Below the pieces are notes generated by a model. That model was not told where the DNA came from, did not search any database, and worked only from the letters and a program-made list of their open reading frames with translations. A stretch of DNA of 64,000 nucleotides from Callorhinchus milii (taxonomy: Eukaryota). Positions 63,853 through 64,000 of this stretch are shown here, piece after piece. Each line of letters opens with the position of its first letter. Position 1 is the first letter of the stretch. Made by a program: the position numbers and the translations under genes. Where the stretch lies: the NCBI RefSeq assembly GCF_018977255.1, contig NW_024704742.1, forward strand, positions 132,558,001-132,622,000. The letters run 5' to 3'.

Positions 63853-64000
63853 AAGAACAGAAGTCGCTGGGAACACTCGGCAGGTCAGGCAGCATCTGTG
63901 GAGAAAGGAAAGTGAGTCAACGTTTCAGGTCCACGACCCTTCGCCAGAGCACGTCATTCCTGACAAAGAGTCGTGGAAGGTTGACTTCGCCTTCCTTTCT
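63853..64000 (+). repeat. Palindromic repeat abundant in cartilaginous-fish genomes (possibly Penelope-associated), truncated by window end
   Basis: gctgggaacactcggcaggtcaggcagcatctgtggaga...aacgtttcaggtc resembles a repeat I recall from shark genomes; class assignment uncertain. Confidence 0.5.

Overview
Vertebrate genomic DNA, most likely a cartilaginous fish (holocephalan-like). This is inferred from the repeats: tRNA-headed CORE- and Deu-domain SINEs, L2 and CR1 LINE fragments. There are three protein-coding loci. (1) The final coding exon of DNAI1 (+, 12002-12103), which the ORF track does not list. (2) A 63-aa ENHO/adropin orthologue (-, 20339-20530), buried inside a spurious longer GTG-started ORF. 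(3) A single-coding-exon RPP25L (-, 62351-62914). This matches the human 9p13 order DNAI1-ENHO-CNTFR-RPP25L, except that I could find no CNTFR exons in the ~40 kb between ENHO and RPP25L. The most interesting signal is in the adropin homologue. It conserves the hydrophobic segment, Cys34 and a C-terminal ExxxLL acidic-dileucine motif, but not the middle of the proposed secreted peptide. That pattern fits a small membrane protein with a cytosolic sorting tail better than a secreted hormone. Most of the remaining sequence is retroposon-derived: modular SINEs sharing one 3' module, nested insertions, and one repeat family I could not classify. No prokaryotic-type systems (CRISPR, operons) are present. 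All comparisons to human proteins and repeat consensus sequences are from memory, not from a search, and repeat boundaries are approximate.
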